From NCBI GenBank assembly GCA_046563655.1, contig CM102287.1:3162001-3226000 (forward strand): a DNA stretch of 64,000 nt, in the 5' to 3' direction. Source of the DNA: Yuukianura sp. NJ FZ-2021. Lineage: Eukaryota. The position numbers and the translations under genes are program-made. The notes under the pieces are model-generated. The model made no database searches. It saw only the letters and a program-made list of their open reading frames with translations, and was not told the DNA's origin. Shown piece by piece: positions 36,658 through 49,931 of this stretch; the first letter of the stretch is position 1; the number at the start of each line of letters is the position of its first letter.

Positions 36658-39600
36658 ATGAGTACGAAAGATCCGGTTCCAATGGACGTAACCAACGACG
36701 TGCAGGCTGCCAGTAAAAAGAAAAAACCAACTGCGATTGAAGAGATTTACCAAAAGAAGTCTCAATTGGAACACATTCTTTTGCGTCCCGATACATACAT
36801 TGGTAAGTAAACACAATTCAGCAGTGTTAGTTTAACTTTCCTAAGAATTGACAAATACAAACTGTTGGTATGATTTTCACACTTGAATCTTTGGTTTTCG
36901 TTTCATAGGCTCCGTGGAACCGATTACAGAGAAGATGTGGGTTTTTGAGGATGGGAAAATGGTGCACAAGACGATCACATACGTCCCTGGACTCTACAAA
37001 ATATTTGACGAAATCTTGGTCAACGCTGCAGACAACAAGCAACGTGACAAGAACATGGACACGATCAAGATTGACATTGATCAGTAAGCCTTTCTCTCGT
37101 CAATTATCAGTATATATTCTGATCAATTATCAGAATATTCTGATCAATGGTCAGAATCTGAATCTGATGATCATTAGTCCTTGACTAATCTGTTCTTTTT
37201 GCGTTTTGAAACAGAGAGAGCAATACAATTGCAGTCTACAACAACGGCCAAGGGATTCCGATTGTGGAGCACAAGGACGAGAAGATGATGGTTCCCACTC
37301 TGATTTTTGGTCACCTCCTGACATCGTCGAACTTCAATGACGACGAGAAGAAAGTCACTGGTGGACGAAACGGTTACGGAGCCAAACTCTGCAATGTCTT
37401 CAGCACCAAGTTTACAGTGGAAACGGGGAATAGGAAGGAAGGAAAAGCCTTCAAACAGGTAAACATGCTCCAAAAAAAGTTCAAAATTAAAACGATTTCT
37501 ATGAAACATGTTCGTTTTGTTTCGTTTCCAGACGTGGGAAAACAACATGTCAAAGGCCCATCCACACAAAATTACTGACCGAATTGGTGACGACTTTACG
37601 AGAGTGACATTTCAACCAGATCTCAAGAAATTCAATATGCAGACGCTGGAGAACGACGTTGTGGCTTTGTTCCAGCGACGGGCTTATGACGTCGCCGGAA
37701 CGTCTGCAGGCGTCAAAGTTTTTCTCAATGGCAAACGATTACCGGTAAGACACTCAAGTGGAGCCTTGTTTCAACTTTTAACGTTGTTTTAACACTAAGT
37801 TTTACCTTTTAATTTTAACTTTTCAGGTGAAAAGCTTCAAGGATTATGTTGATCTGTTCGTGAAGGATCTTGTAGACCAAGCCGACAATCCAGTGAAGTG
37901 CGTTTGGGAAAAATGTAACCCACGATGGGAAATTGCCGTTTGTCCTTCTGAGGACAACTTTCAACAAATCTCATTTGTCAACAGTATTGCCACTACTAAG
38001 GTAAGGGGGTACTTCAAGTTCAAAATTTTATGAAATTTTGAAAATTTTGAGTTTTTTCATGTTTTTTTTTTGTTTCAAATTGTAGGGAGGTCGACATGTA
38101 GACTACATTGCTGACATGGTAGGGAAACAGTTGGTTGACGGTGTCATGAAAAAGAACAAAGGCGGAATTGCTGTCAAACCAGCCCAGATTCGGAATCATA
38201 TGTGGGTGTTTGTCAACTGCTTGATTGAAAATCCAACATTCGACTCTCAGACAAAGGAGACCATGACGCTTCAAGCGCGGCAGTTTGGGTAAGATTCAAA
38301 ATTCTGATGCTGGCAACCAATAATTCTGATGCTGCCGGTGCCAATGAATGCTGATGCTAACAATATCTTTTTTTTATCGCTAGATCTAAATGTGAACCGT
38401 CGGCTAAATTCTACGCCAGTGTGCAAAAATGCGGGATCGTTGAGAGCGTCGTGTCTTGGGCCAAGTTCAAGCAAGACCAAATCAAGGACAAGGCTGGTGG
38501 GAAGAAGACGAACAAGATCAAAGGAATTCCGAAACTGGAGGACGCTAACGACGCTGGAACGAAGAATTCTATGGCCTGTACGCTCGTGTTGACTGAGGGA
38601 GATTCAGCCAAATCGCTGGCAGTGGCTGGACTCGGGGTTATTGGCAGAGATAAGTATGGCGTGTTTCCGCTTCGTGGAAAACTTTTGAACGTTCGGGAAG
38701 CTTCTCATAAGCAGGTAGAGAACCAAAAAATATGAAACGACAACCGACTTTTTTAAAAATTTTCTTTTGTTTTCGAATTCTGACAATGTTCGTTTTTTTT
38801 TAGATTGTGGAGAATGCCGAAATCAATGCAATGGTGAAGATCCTGGGATTGAAGTATAAGCAAAAGTATGATTCAGTCGATGAGATGAAATCGCTGCGTT
38901 ATGGCAAGTTGATGATCATGACTGATCAGGATCACGACGGTTCTCACATCAAAGGTCTCATCATCAACTTCATTCACCACAATTGGCCAAGTCTCCTCAA
39001 GAGAAACTTCATTGAAGAGTTCATTACTCCAATTGTCAAAGTTACCAAAGGAAACGAAGTCCTTTCGTTCTTCTCAATGCCAGAACTGGACGACTGGAAG
39101 TCAAATACTCACAACTGGAAAACTTATAGGATCAAGTACTATAAGGGTCTGGGTACTTCAACTTCAGCAGAAGCCAAAGAGTACTTCAAAAATATTGAAC
39201 GACATCGAATCAAGTTTCGATACGCTGGAACCACCGATGACGATACCCTGACAATGGCTTTTAGTAAGAAGTGTGTTGAACAACGCAAGGATTGGCTGAC
39301 GAATTGGATGGACAGTTGCAAACGACGCAAGGAGTTGGGCTTGTCCCAGGAAATCATCTATGGACAAGATGTCCGGTCCATCACTTACTCCGAATTTGTC
39401 AACAAGGAGCTCGTCTTGTTCTCAAACTTAGACAATGAGAGATCAATTCCTTGTATCGTCGATGGATTCAAACCAGGTCAACGCAAAGTCCTGTTTACTT
39501 GTTTCAAGCGAAATGACAAGCGGGAGATCAAAGTGGCTCAACTGGCTGGATCAGTTGCTGAACACTCGGCTTATCACCATGGTGAAGCGTCACTCATGTC

Positions 39601-42122
39601 CACGATTATCAATTTGGCCCAGAACTATGTCGGAAGCAACAATATCAACCTACTGGAACCCAATGGTCAGTTTGGCACGAGACTCCAAGGGGGCAAGGAT
39701 GCTGCATCACCTCGTTATATTTTTACGCTCCTTAGTCCCATGGCTCGAATCATTTTCAATCCACTGGACTCTCCACTATTACGTAACTTGTATGACGATA
39801 ATCAGCGGATTGAGCCGGAGTGGTACTGTCCGATCATTCCAATGGTCCTGGTCAACGGAGCCGATGGAATCGGTACTGGCTGGATGACGAGAGTTCCGAA
39901 CTTCAATCCGAGAGAGATTGTGGCCAATCTCCGCAAAATGATCATGGGAGAGGAACCGGAGCACATGAAACCATGGTACAAGAATTACAGAGGTAAGTTT
40001 CCCGCCAAAACTTCCAAAATTTATTTTTAAACGCAAAACTGTTAGTATTTGTTTTAACTTCTTTTTTTTAATTTCTAATGTTTTTTTTTTTAAACTAGGT
40101 GAAATTGTTGAACTATCTCCGCAGAAGTACGCCATCTACGGTGAAGTTTCAATGTTGGACGAGACAACTCTAGAAATTACAGAACTCCCCATTGGAACCT
40201 GGACACAGCACTACAAGGAAAGTGTAATTGAAGTACTTGCCAATGGCAATGAGAAGGTCACTGCAGTTGTGAACAGCTACAAAGAGTACAATACTGATAC
40301 GACAGTTCGGTTCGTCCTCAGCGTCAAACCGGAGACGATGAAAGCTTGGGAAAAAGAAGGATTTCACAAGGCACTCAAAATCCAATCCACGACAAATCTC
40401 ACTTCCATGGTTCTGTTTGACAAAAACGGATGCTTGAGGAAGTACGAGACTCCATTGGACATCCTCAAGGAATTCTTTGAACTGCGCATGAGTCTGTACG
40501 TGAAGAGACGAGAATACTTGATTGGACTGCTGTCTGCCGAAGCACTGAAACTGAGCAACCAAGCTCGATTTATCCTGGAAAAGTGTGATGGAGACCTCGT
40601 CGTTGAGAATAAAAAGAAGAAGCAACTTATTGAGGAACTGATTGCTCGAAAATACGATTCGGATCCAGTCAAAGCATGGCAGAGTCGTCAGAAATCGCTG
40701 CAAGATCAAGAGCGAGAAGCCGAAGCGCGCCAAATCGAAGCCGAGGAAGAAGGAGCAGAAGCCGAAGAAGAGGCAGAAGAGGGGAGAGATTTTGACTATT
40801 TGCTGCAGTTGCGAATTTTGAATTTGACTTTGGAGAAGAAAGAGGCTTTGCTAAAAGAACGGGATAACAAAAAACAGGAACTGGAGATCATCAAGGCCAA
40901 AACTCCCGCAGATTTGTACAATGACGATCTGGATGTGTTTATGACCACGCTGGACAAGGTGGAGCAAGCTGAGATGGAGGAGGAGCTTAAGGGCAACAAA
41001 AAAGCGAAGTATGAGAAAATCGCTGCCGCTGCAGACAAGAAGAAGGGAGGTGTGAAGGGCAGAGGATCGGACAAGCGATTGAGCATTGCGCATGTGGATA
41101 CTTTGCCATCTTCTGGAGCTGAACGAATTGAGCCAATCGTGGATGAGCTGATGAAGAAAGAGGAAGCGAAGAAGGTCAAGGGAGAGAAGAAGCCGAGAGT
41201 GAAGAAAGAGAAGAAGGAAGACATGGACGAATTTGATCTCATGGCAGATGACAAGGACTCACTTTTTGACAAAATTTTGAGTTCGGCTGAAGGCAAGAAA
41301 GTCCCGATGAAGAAAGTCAGAGCCAAGAAAAACGGCGGAAAAGACGGACTGAAGCAAACTACGCTCAGTTTTACCAAGAGAGAGAAGAAATCTTCGTCGT
41401 TGTCCCCAAAGAAGAAGGCGCCCAAGAAGGACAAGGAGTTTGACTCAACCGGGAGTGAAGATGAAGAGAGTTCGGTCAACTTCGGCAGCAGCGATGAAGA
41501 AAGTTTTGTAGCCCCGAAGAAGAAGAATCCTGAAGTAATCGCTGCTAAACCGAAGAAAAATATTTTGTCCTCAGACGAAGAAGAAGACGTGAAACCGTCA
41601 ACGAACTTCGGGGCTGAAGCGCTCAAGAAAATTTTCCCGGGAGCCGCTAAAGCTAAACTGACGCTGCCAAGGAAAAAAGCGCCACCTAAAACGAAAGATG
41701 CTTTTTCGCTTGATTCGGATTCCGAATCCGGTTCGGGCAGCGATTCGGATGCTGGAGGTGGCAAGAAAGGCAAGAAGAAGACTGCAAGCAAAGCACCGCC
41801 AGCGAAAAAAGGACCTCCGCCGCGCAAGGCAGCAACGATTGCAGCCGTGAAGCAACTGGTGACGCTGGATTCGGACTCGGACGATGAGGATTTCAAGACC
41901 AAGGTCAACGGAGTGTCAAACAACAAGGACTCAAGGTCACCATCACCCACGCCAGTGAAGAAGGGAGCCACGAAGAGACCTACCGGTTCGCGTGCCGGTC
42001 CGGCCAAGAAGACGTACCAGATCAATTCAGACTCGGACGATTCGGAAAATGGATTCAAAGTGCCGGATGATTCGTCTGAGGATGAGTATAAACCGTCTCC
42101 GTCGAAACGACGCAAAGTCTAA
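36658..42122 (+). CDS. Top2: DNA topoisomerase II
   Basis: IYQKKSQLEHILLRPDTYIG, LYKIFDEILVNAADN, GGRNGYGAK, TEGDSA, PLRGK, IMTDQDHDGSHIKG, YYKGLGTS, ASPRYIFT (catalytic Tyr) and a long K/D/S-rich C-terminal domain. First AUG at 36658. Confidence 0.98.
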
Positions 42123-42657
42123 GAAAAGTACTGGCAGTACTTCCAGTAGTACTGATGAACTTTACAACAATTTAGTAACTGAATAACTCACTTTCTCATA
42201 ACATTTACTCAATAGCACACAAGTTCTTACTTCTTTTGAAAATATTTAAACTAAACTGTTATGTTAATCGATAATCGTAAGTTAACTTTAAATAAATAAA
42301 TTACAATTTCATCAGTGCGTTTTTTGGAAAATTTTAGATGTTGGAAATTAACATTATATTTATGAGAATTTGTGTTCTGCAACTTGAGCCGGCCAGTATA
42401 GAGTTGCAGGAATTGCTAAAAAGTTGCAATTTTTGGAATTTTGTGATCTTAGGATTTAGGAATCATAAAGTTTTAGTGTAGTTTTTGGTAGAATTAACAC
42501 TTAAGATAGGATGTTGTACGGAGCGAAGAAGTAGATAGTAGGAGAATAATTTTTAATATTCCAATTTTTTTAGGAGTCATAATTTTCTAAATGTAATTTA
42601 AACATTTTTAGAGTTGTGTATAGAAAAAGTAGGATTTTCTGGATTTTTCTGTAGTTT

Positions 42658-44977
42658 TTATAGCGATTTGGTCGGAGAAGACTCGAGTGTGCTGGAATCT
42701 GTTGGAGTTTGATCAGTTTCTGGAACTTGATGTTCATCCTCGGAGGGGGAGTAGTCAGCATCTTGTGCTTGCGGATTTTGGTTGGACACCATTTCAGTAT
42801 CAGAATGCTGTTCACGCTCGGAATCGGAGTCCTCATGACCACGAGTTTCAAAATTTTGGGTGCGCTGAGGAGAATCGAATTCGGATTCGGAAGAATCTTC
42901 CTCCTTGTCATCTTCACTTTCTTCAAAAGTTTCGATTTTAAAAAATTCACTGTCGTCGTGGTCACCTTCTGACTCTTCAGTGACCTGAATGACCGCGGCA
43001 GGTTCTGATTCTGCAAACATTCTGATTGGTAGATGGTGGTGGTTACACAAAAGTTCTTCGTAGTCTCCAAGTTCTCTTGGTTCTTCGAGGGTTCTGTCGT
43101 AGTAGTTGAATGGAAAGTGTGTCACGAATTTAACTTCGTCCATGTGATAGAGTTGCGGTGCTATGTCGTACCCTGAGAACACAAGGAAACGATATATAAC
43201 TTAGGTATATAAGTTAGCCAGTTCTCTATCAATAGTTTCTTACTTCGTTCATAGTTTTTAGGATTGAAGGGATAAGCATCACAGTAAGTTGTGGGCACAA
43301 GCCAAGCAATTTCAGCGTATCTTTCAGCGTTTTCAAATTCGACTAAGTTGAGAATCTGAGCAAAGTAGGGTGAGGGTCCAGTTGGTTGGTCAATGGCAAC
43401 AATGTCACCGATCTGGTAGTAAGTCATATCGTGAAAAAACGACCGCCCAAAACTCACGTCGATTTTTTCCGATTCGGACAGCGACGGTCTGATACCCTGC
43501 AAGTTAGACAATTTATTTTGTATTGTTTTTTGAGAAAACTTATTTTTTGACTTACTTTTCGAACCATTGCTCTCTTCATCATTGTCCGACGACCTCTTTT
43601 CCTTGATTTTCGTTTCGGTACGGTACGTCGAATCTGAGTCTGAGATGCTTTCAATACGGCAGGATCTGGAACTTTTGGGACACGACGAAAACCGGAGTCG
43701 TCATCCGATGAACTCTCCGAACTCCCGTCGGGAGTCGAAGGAAAACAAGGAACAGCAAATCTAGGATCGTTTTTGACTTCAGCCAACTCCTCTTCCGCTT
43801 TGAGTTTGCAGCTTTCGCTCCATTTTTCAGCTGCTTGAGTAAACGCCTCTTGCTCGATCGTCTCAAAATCAATTTTGATTGGTTTCGGAGGTTCCACTTC
43901 TGGTTCTTCTTCAATCGTTTTGGCCAATTTGCGAGTGAGAAAGTTAATTTTGATTTTGACTGGTCCATATGGTTTAGTAGATTTCTTACGTTTGATAGGC
44001 GAAGTATTGTAAGCCTTCCTCTCAGCCATGGTTCGAACTCTATTGGCCGAACTCTGATTGGTTGAACTCTGAGGAAAAGGAAGTTTTGTCATTATCTTCT
44101 TCCTTTTTACAGGAAGTTGTTTCCTTTTGACTGAAGTTTTGTCGGATTCAGATTCAGAAGCCCTGGAGCTAGTGGAACTGGAAGGCTTCGATGAAGTTGA
44201 CGAAGTGCGGGGTGACGACGATGACTTTGAGGAGGAAGTTGAGGAAGTGCGGACTGACGACGATGAGGAAGAGGAAGCGAAGTTGTACGACAATGGATAG
44301 ATTCTCTTATAGACGGTGGGGCGGTGGCGGGGTAGTTTCGGTGGGGATGTGCTGGATACCGATTCCTTTTCGGTTTCCTGCTGTTTGTGATCTGGTAATC
44401 TAGATAATCGTATTTCCAGTTTCTTGTGAGCTTCCAGATCCGTAAGGTTAACGTCCTGCAAGATATGGAATTAATCATGTCCTAAATTAGTAATGAAAAT
44501 AAAGATGTTAGTTCAGTACATACCCTTTTAGTTGGACTTTCATCGTCCATTGTTCCTTCAGTACTGGCAGACATCAGTCCATCTGCTAGAGACAGAGCAC
44601 CGATGTCATCTGGTCCTTCACTGTCGTCTTCCTGCTTCTCCGATGACTCTGTTGTGTCCAGAGCTGAATTTGCAATTGGTATATTCGTTTTTTCAGTACC
44701 ATCATCGTCATGTTGCCCAGCTTCATTTTCCTCTGTCTTCGCATTTCCTGTGTCATCTGAAACGGAATCAATGTTGGAATGCTCTTTTCTTGGTGAGTCA
44801 TCACACTCGTCGGCTTGTCCTTCTAAACGTTCAGCTTGAACAGAACTAGGAACGATCTCCTAAAAAAATCAAAATTATGACTGATTAAAACTAATACAAA
44901 AGAAAGTGATCCACTACCAAAGAAGGATTTGAAGAATCAATTGCACAAATTAAGCTAACCATTTTAGAAACTTCCAT
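42658..44977 (-). CDS. GATAD1-like BAH-domain protein with a long disordered N-terminus
   Basis: Exons 44977-44960, 44859-44524, 44455-43556, 43496-43244 and 43172-42658. SFFHDMTYYQIGDIVAI...YFAQI...RYAEIAWLVPT...FNPKNY resembles the GATAD1 C-terminal BAH-like domain. Confidence 0.7.
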
Positions 44978-46030
44978 TTCCTGTGGTGTGGATCTTGCCA
45001 GAGAGCAATTGATTGTCGTTTTTGGCCAATTGATTCAATTAATCGACGGAAAATGTACACAAAATTAATTGAAACTGAAAGAAGAAAAGCCGAACTTTAT
45101 TCTTTATTTTATTTTTTGTAATTTTTATTTGTTTTTGTTTTTAATTTAAATCCACTTTGGCGCGCAAAACGCACAGCGAAGGGGTAAGGTGACACGAAGG
45201 TAATCTGAGCACTTCTAAACAATAAAAATGTAAAAATTTGGAACCAAAAAAATCTCCATGGCAACCGGTACCACTTTTAATTTTGCTTGTTTCGTTTATA
45301 AATCAAAACCCACAAATCGTCATTGTTAAGGCTCTGTTATCCCGGCAACGAAGAGGTCTGCTAACTACTGAAAATTGGCCATTTTCTAAAATCAGTTAAA
45401 AATCGTAGGATCGACGTAGAAGGGCAAGTAAGGTATCGACACCTGCGGAATAGCATGGCGGGGTATTCTATAGAGTCAAACTTTAAATAACTTAACCCGT
45501 TTAAAAGTTACAGCCGATGAAGCAAAAGTAGTCAGGAAAAATCGTTGTTTTTTAGATTGAAGAGGTGGAATTTCTAATTTTTTATTCTATAGAAAACCCC
45601 GCAATCGCTTTTCACAAATTTTGATACCATTAATCGTATTTTTATGTCCATCCTAAGGGTCCCTGGCACAAATTTTACAAACTGAGCAAAAAGTCCGGAA
45701 GTTTAATTTCGAATTGAAGTAAATCACCAAGACATCGGCAACAATTTGTGTGTTTGTACGAAAGGTAAAACGCATTTCCGTATTCCACTCTGATTCCTCC
45801 GCGGAGGGATTTGAATGAAAACGAACAAATATGCCGATGTCTGTTGATAAACAGAAACTGATTTTGCAGTTGTTAACAGCAACGATTGATGTTAAATAAT
45901 CAACAATAAGCCGTCCTTAATTCAAAGTCTCAGTTGCTTGAAAATTTCTGTATTTGCAATCCATCTCTGTTTGACCTCTTGTGTTGTTTAACCGCGAGTG
46001 ACCTGACCCTGACTTGAACTGTAGGTCAAC

Positions 46031-46589
46031 ATGCCTTTGTTCAGCTTCTGCAGTCACTTCAAGCTTCGAAAGGCTCCGCCAAGAGATCCCAAGTTCCGTC
46101 CTACCGGGAGTGCCGCCAAAAGTTCAAAAGAAGATTCATGTGAGGAGGTCAAGGTCAACCTAGGGTCAGTGACCTGCAGATTCCAAGATGGAGACTGGAA
46201 CAACGGTGACTTAAGTTTACATAATAATTAATCTAATAATTAACACAATTTAATCTTAAAGTTTGATTTTGATCTTCTAGACATTCCTCAGACGAAAGAA
46301 AAAGTTGACCAGGAGTTGCTGATTCTGCGCTGTCAAAATGCCAAAATGGAGGAACAAATGAATTTGATTCGAATAAAATACGAACTGCTTCTGGACACTG
46401 TAAGCTCCAAACTTAGAGGTCAAAGGTTATGAAAGGCCAAAAGTCAAGGTCATTGACATTTTGATTTTAACTTTCAAACAGGTTGTTATCCAAAACTCCA
46501 AAATCCGTCAACTGGAGACAGAAAATGGGACACTGCGGGAGATTTACAATAGACCGAAAGGACGATTTCAAAAACAGAGTGCAAACTAA
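46031..46589 (+). CDS. Cby: Chibby homolog
   Basis: Exons 46031-46205, 46281-46399 and 46482-46589. MPLFS...KAPPR...VNLGSVTCRFQDGDW...NAKMEEQMNLIRIKYELLLD matches the Chibby-family layout. Confidence 0.8.
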
Positions 46590-48453
46590 AGCAAAATAAA
46601 CTGGAAAACTTCCAATTTTGAAGTTTTTGAAGTTCAAAAACTCACTTTTTCAAAAAACAGTTCCAGAATATGTGAAAAAAAAAAAACAGCATAAAACCGT
46701 TGAAACGTCCGTTTGATTGTGCTCATTTGTTAATTTTAGAATTTAATAAAAAGGTCGCCGTTCTAAATAAAATTGGCAAATCAAGCGGATTTGAAAAAGT
46801 ACTAAAAAAATATTCTATTTTCGTTTTTTGGCTCGCTTTTGAGAGGAAAAACATTTGATTACTTTCCATCTTTTGTCTATTCAAACAAAATGTAATACTT
46901 TTCAAACTAAATAAACCGATTTTATTTATTGACAACGTTTTTTTGAAAATTGTTTCATTTACTTTTCAAATTTATGAGTATGATCATTTTTTGGAAGTTG
47001 TTTCTTGGAGATTGTGTAATAAAATGATCATGGTCTAAAAATATTTTATCATTTTTGCAAATTCAGGTTCTTCTTTTTCTCTTTTATACAAATTCGCAAT
47101 GTTTCAGCTTTCAGATAGTTTAGTGCATTCGTTTTTCCAAATTTTATGCAAGACTTGCGGCGGAATGTGTTGCCAGAAACACTGTTTTACAGAAAAAACA
47201 AAAAAGAAAATTATTATGACCAAAAAAAATTTGTTACAAATTGATTTTAGTGACAGACAAATTACCGATGACTCTTCGAAAAACAATAATCTAAGAGGGT
47301 AGTAAATTGTTAAAAAAAAAAGAGTTTTCAAAAAGCTTAGGAAAAATTACACTTTTATCAAAAAGGTATTGAATTTTGGGTTTTGCTCAATTTTTCCAAA
47401 ATTTTGTTATCTTTGGCAAATTTGTGAGTGATGAAACCACATTGCGACTGTTGTGGGAGAAAGACAAGATATAAAATGCTAAAACTTTTTTTTAGTTTTG
47501 AGTTTTTCGACATTTGAAATAGTTGGACATGTACTTGTCTAAAAGTTTTTGACAAATTCAAAAAACTTGCAACTTTGGTACGTACTTGGACCACAATTCC
47601 TTTTCATTGCCCAATTTTTTTGGAAGTAGCCCATAAAACTTTATTCAGAAAAATAACACAGTTTTTTTTATAAGTCGCCCACTTTCACAAGGAAAAAAGC
47701 TTCGTCTTTCACTCCTCCTTTTTAAGTTGGTAATGAATGATCTACTAAAATAATTATTTTTAGAGCTCCAAGCAACCTTGTTTTTTTTGTAGAAGCAACA
47801 CAGCTAACGTAGAAATTCGGACGAAGACTAAGATCGTGTCACTTAAAAAAAACGATTTTTTCTTGGCTCACGACATGGACGACACTTTTTACAACTAACT
47901 TTTTATACACAAACTAGAAGCGACAGAAACACTAAGAACAACAACGTTTTTTCAAAAAAAAATTTTTTTTGGGCGAGGACAGAAATAATGTCGAAAGGTC
48001 AAAGGTCACTGACGTCAATTGACGTCGTCCATGACGGGTTTGACGGATTACGTCGTCCATGACGGACTCCAGGTAAAATGTCACAATAAGGACGCTAAGA
48101 CGCTATGGATGTCCTCTACAAAAAATGTCAGACATTAGTCTGCGGTGACACAAATTCAAAAAAACGCCGAAACTTGGCCGTCGAAACTGTTCCGGTACTG
48201 CCTGGAAAGTGTTACGGTACTGACGACCGTTATGACACTGAAAAATTGAAACCGTTCCGCCTGACGACCGTTGACGGATTGATGTCACCGTTGAGCCCAA
48301 AGTTGTCAAAAGTAACAACTTTTTGATGAGAGCCTCACTTGTCACATTTACAAACTGCCAAGACGAAAATACTTTTTCAAAAACTCCCGTTTTTTGAAAA
48401 ATTGAAAATACTTTTTCAAAAACTCCCGTCTTTGAAAACTTGCACCTAAAAGT

Positions 48454-49931
48454 TTATAGTCCATCGTCCAGGTTAAGTATAAGTGCCCCACCGCTGCTTC
48501 TGGACCCACGTCCCACACTCCCACCGCTCGCCGTCCCTAAACTCCCACTGTCACACCCCACTGAAAGTGTTCTGGACACGGGAGGGCGTGGTCTGGACCC
48601 GCCTTCTTCAATGTTTACTGAAGGTGTTCTGGATACGGGCGGGCGTGGACGGGTACTTGACCCGCCTTCAGTGTTTACTGAAGGTGTTCTGGATATGGGC
48701 GGGCGTGGACTTGACCCGCCTTCGTCAATGTTGACTGAAGGAGTTCTGGAGTATTTCGGTAAAAAGTCGACCGTGACCGATCCAGTTCTGCCTCCGCGTG
48801 GAACTGTCATGGTTCTGGACAGCAGTGGAGCTCCTAAAACAGGTAACCCACCACTGATACTCCCATCTCCATTGGCATTCATAGACTGAGTTCTGGAACA
48901 TGGGACACTTCCTGGCGGGGTCATGAGGTCACCGACGTTGACCGAAGAAGTGCGAGAGACGCTTCTGATTGGCAGAACGGGACTGCTGGAGGCGGAAAGC
49001 GTCGTCATCGGATTGGCAAAAATTGAGTGCAGGTCGGCAATGAACTTCCCGATGATGTAAACACCTATGAGCCGAAAACTTCCTTCAAAAGCATCCATAG
49101 ATACTGAAACTGAAATTCAAAAAAAAATTGTCAAAAATTTTCAAAAAAAAATTTTTTTTTTGAAAAACTTTACCTAAACGCTGGTTTTCACCATCAATTA
49201 CAAAGTAAGTGTATAGCGAAACGAAGAGATCCAAAACGAGAAAAACCAAGAGCACAATTGAAAATGTCTTCCACAGTTGACACTGAAAAGGTCAAAGGTC
49301 AAAACTTTTGTATTTTGAAAAGTTGAAGTTGTGAGTGTGACCTTACCTTCTTCATCATTGTTTCTGGGTCTGTAGTCATCTGGAACAAGGAAGGTCAAAG
49401 GTCAGATTTTTTTTTAACTTTTAACTTAAAAAACTTACATCTTTTGTTGCAGTGAGCAGAAGGAAGGCAATTACTAATTGAAGTCCAATTAACGCAAAAA
49501 CTACTAACCAGTAAACCATTGCTATGAAAATATCTGAAAAATGACACAATTACTAATTGTAATTACTAAACTAATTACTTGAATTATTTGAATTACTTAG
49601 CTAATTACTTTTCATGTCGCCTTACTTTCATTAGCCCCAATGAGAACAATTAGACTTTGGTCCTTAAAATCGTAGGTAACAAGTCGATATGCTGCGTAGA
49701 ACAGGAGTAAGCCAGAAATATTCTTTTCAAATTTAAAAAATTGTTAGAATTTCAAATTTTTGAATGTTTTTTGTCTAGATTTATCAATTTTTTTTTTACC
49801 AGATCAATAATGGCAATGTATCTAACAGTTTTTTTGCGAACAAATGGATCACTCTGCATCCGCTGCCTGAGCGTCCCACCACCACTACTGTTGTTCCCAC
49901 CGGATTTTCTGGAATTGGATCTACTCAGCAT
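48454..49931 (-). CDS. Four-TM membrane protein with a cytoplasmic SRTPSVN-repeat tail
   Basis: Six short exons with hydrophobic segments splice in frame; last exon carries repeated PP(V/I)SRTPSVNxEEGGS. Confidence 0.7.

Noticed and set aside
40796..42115. 439-aa antisense ORF
   Set aside because: Shadow of the low-complexity Top2 C-terminal exon; Ser/Phe/Leu-rich with no independent coding signal.
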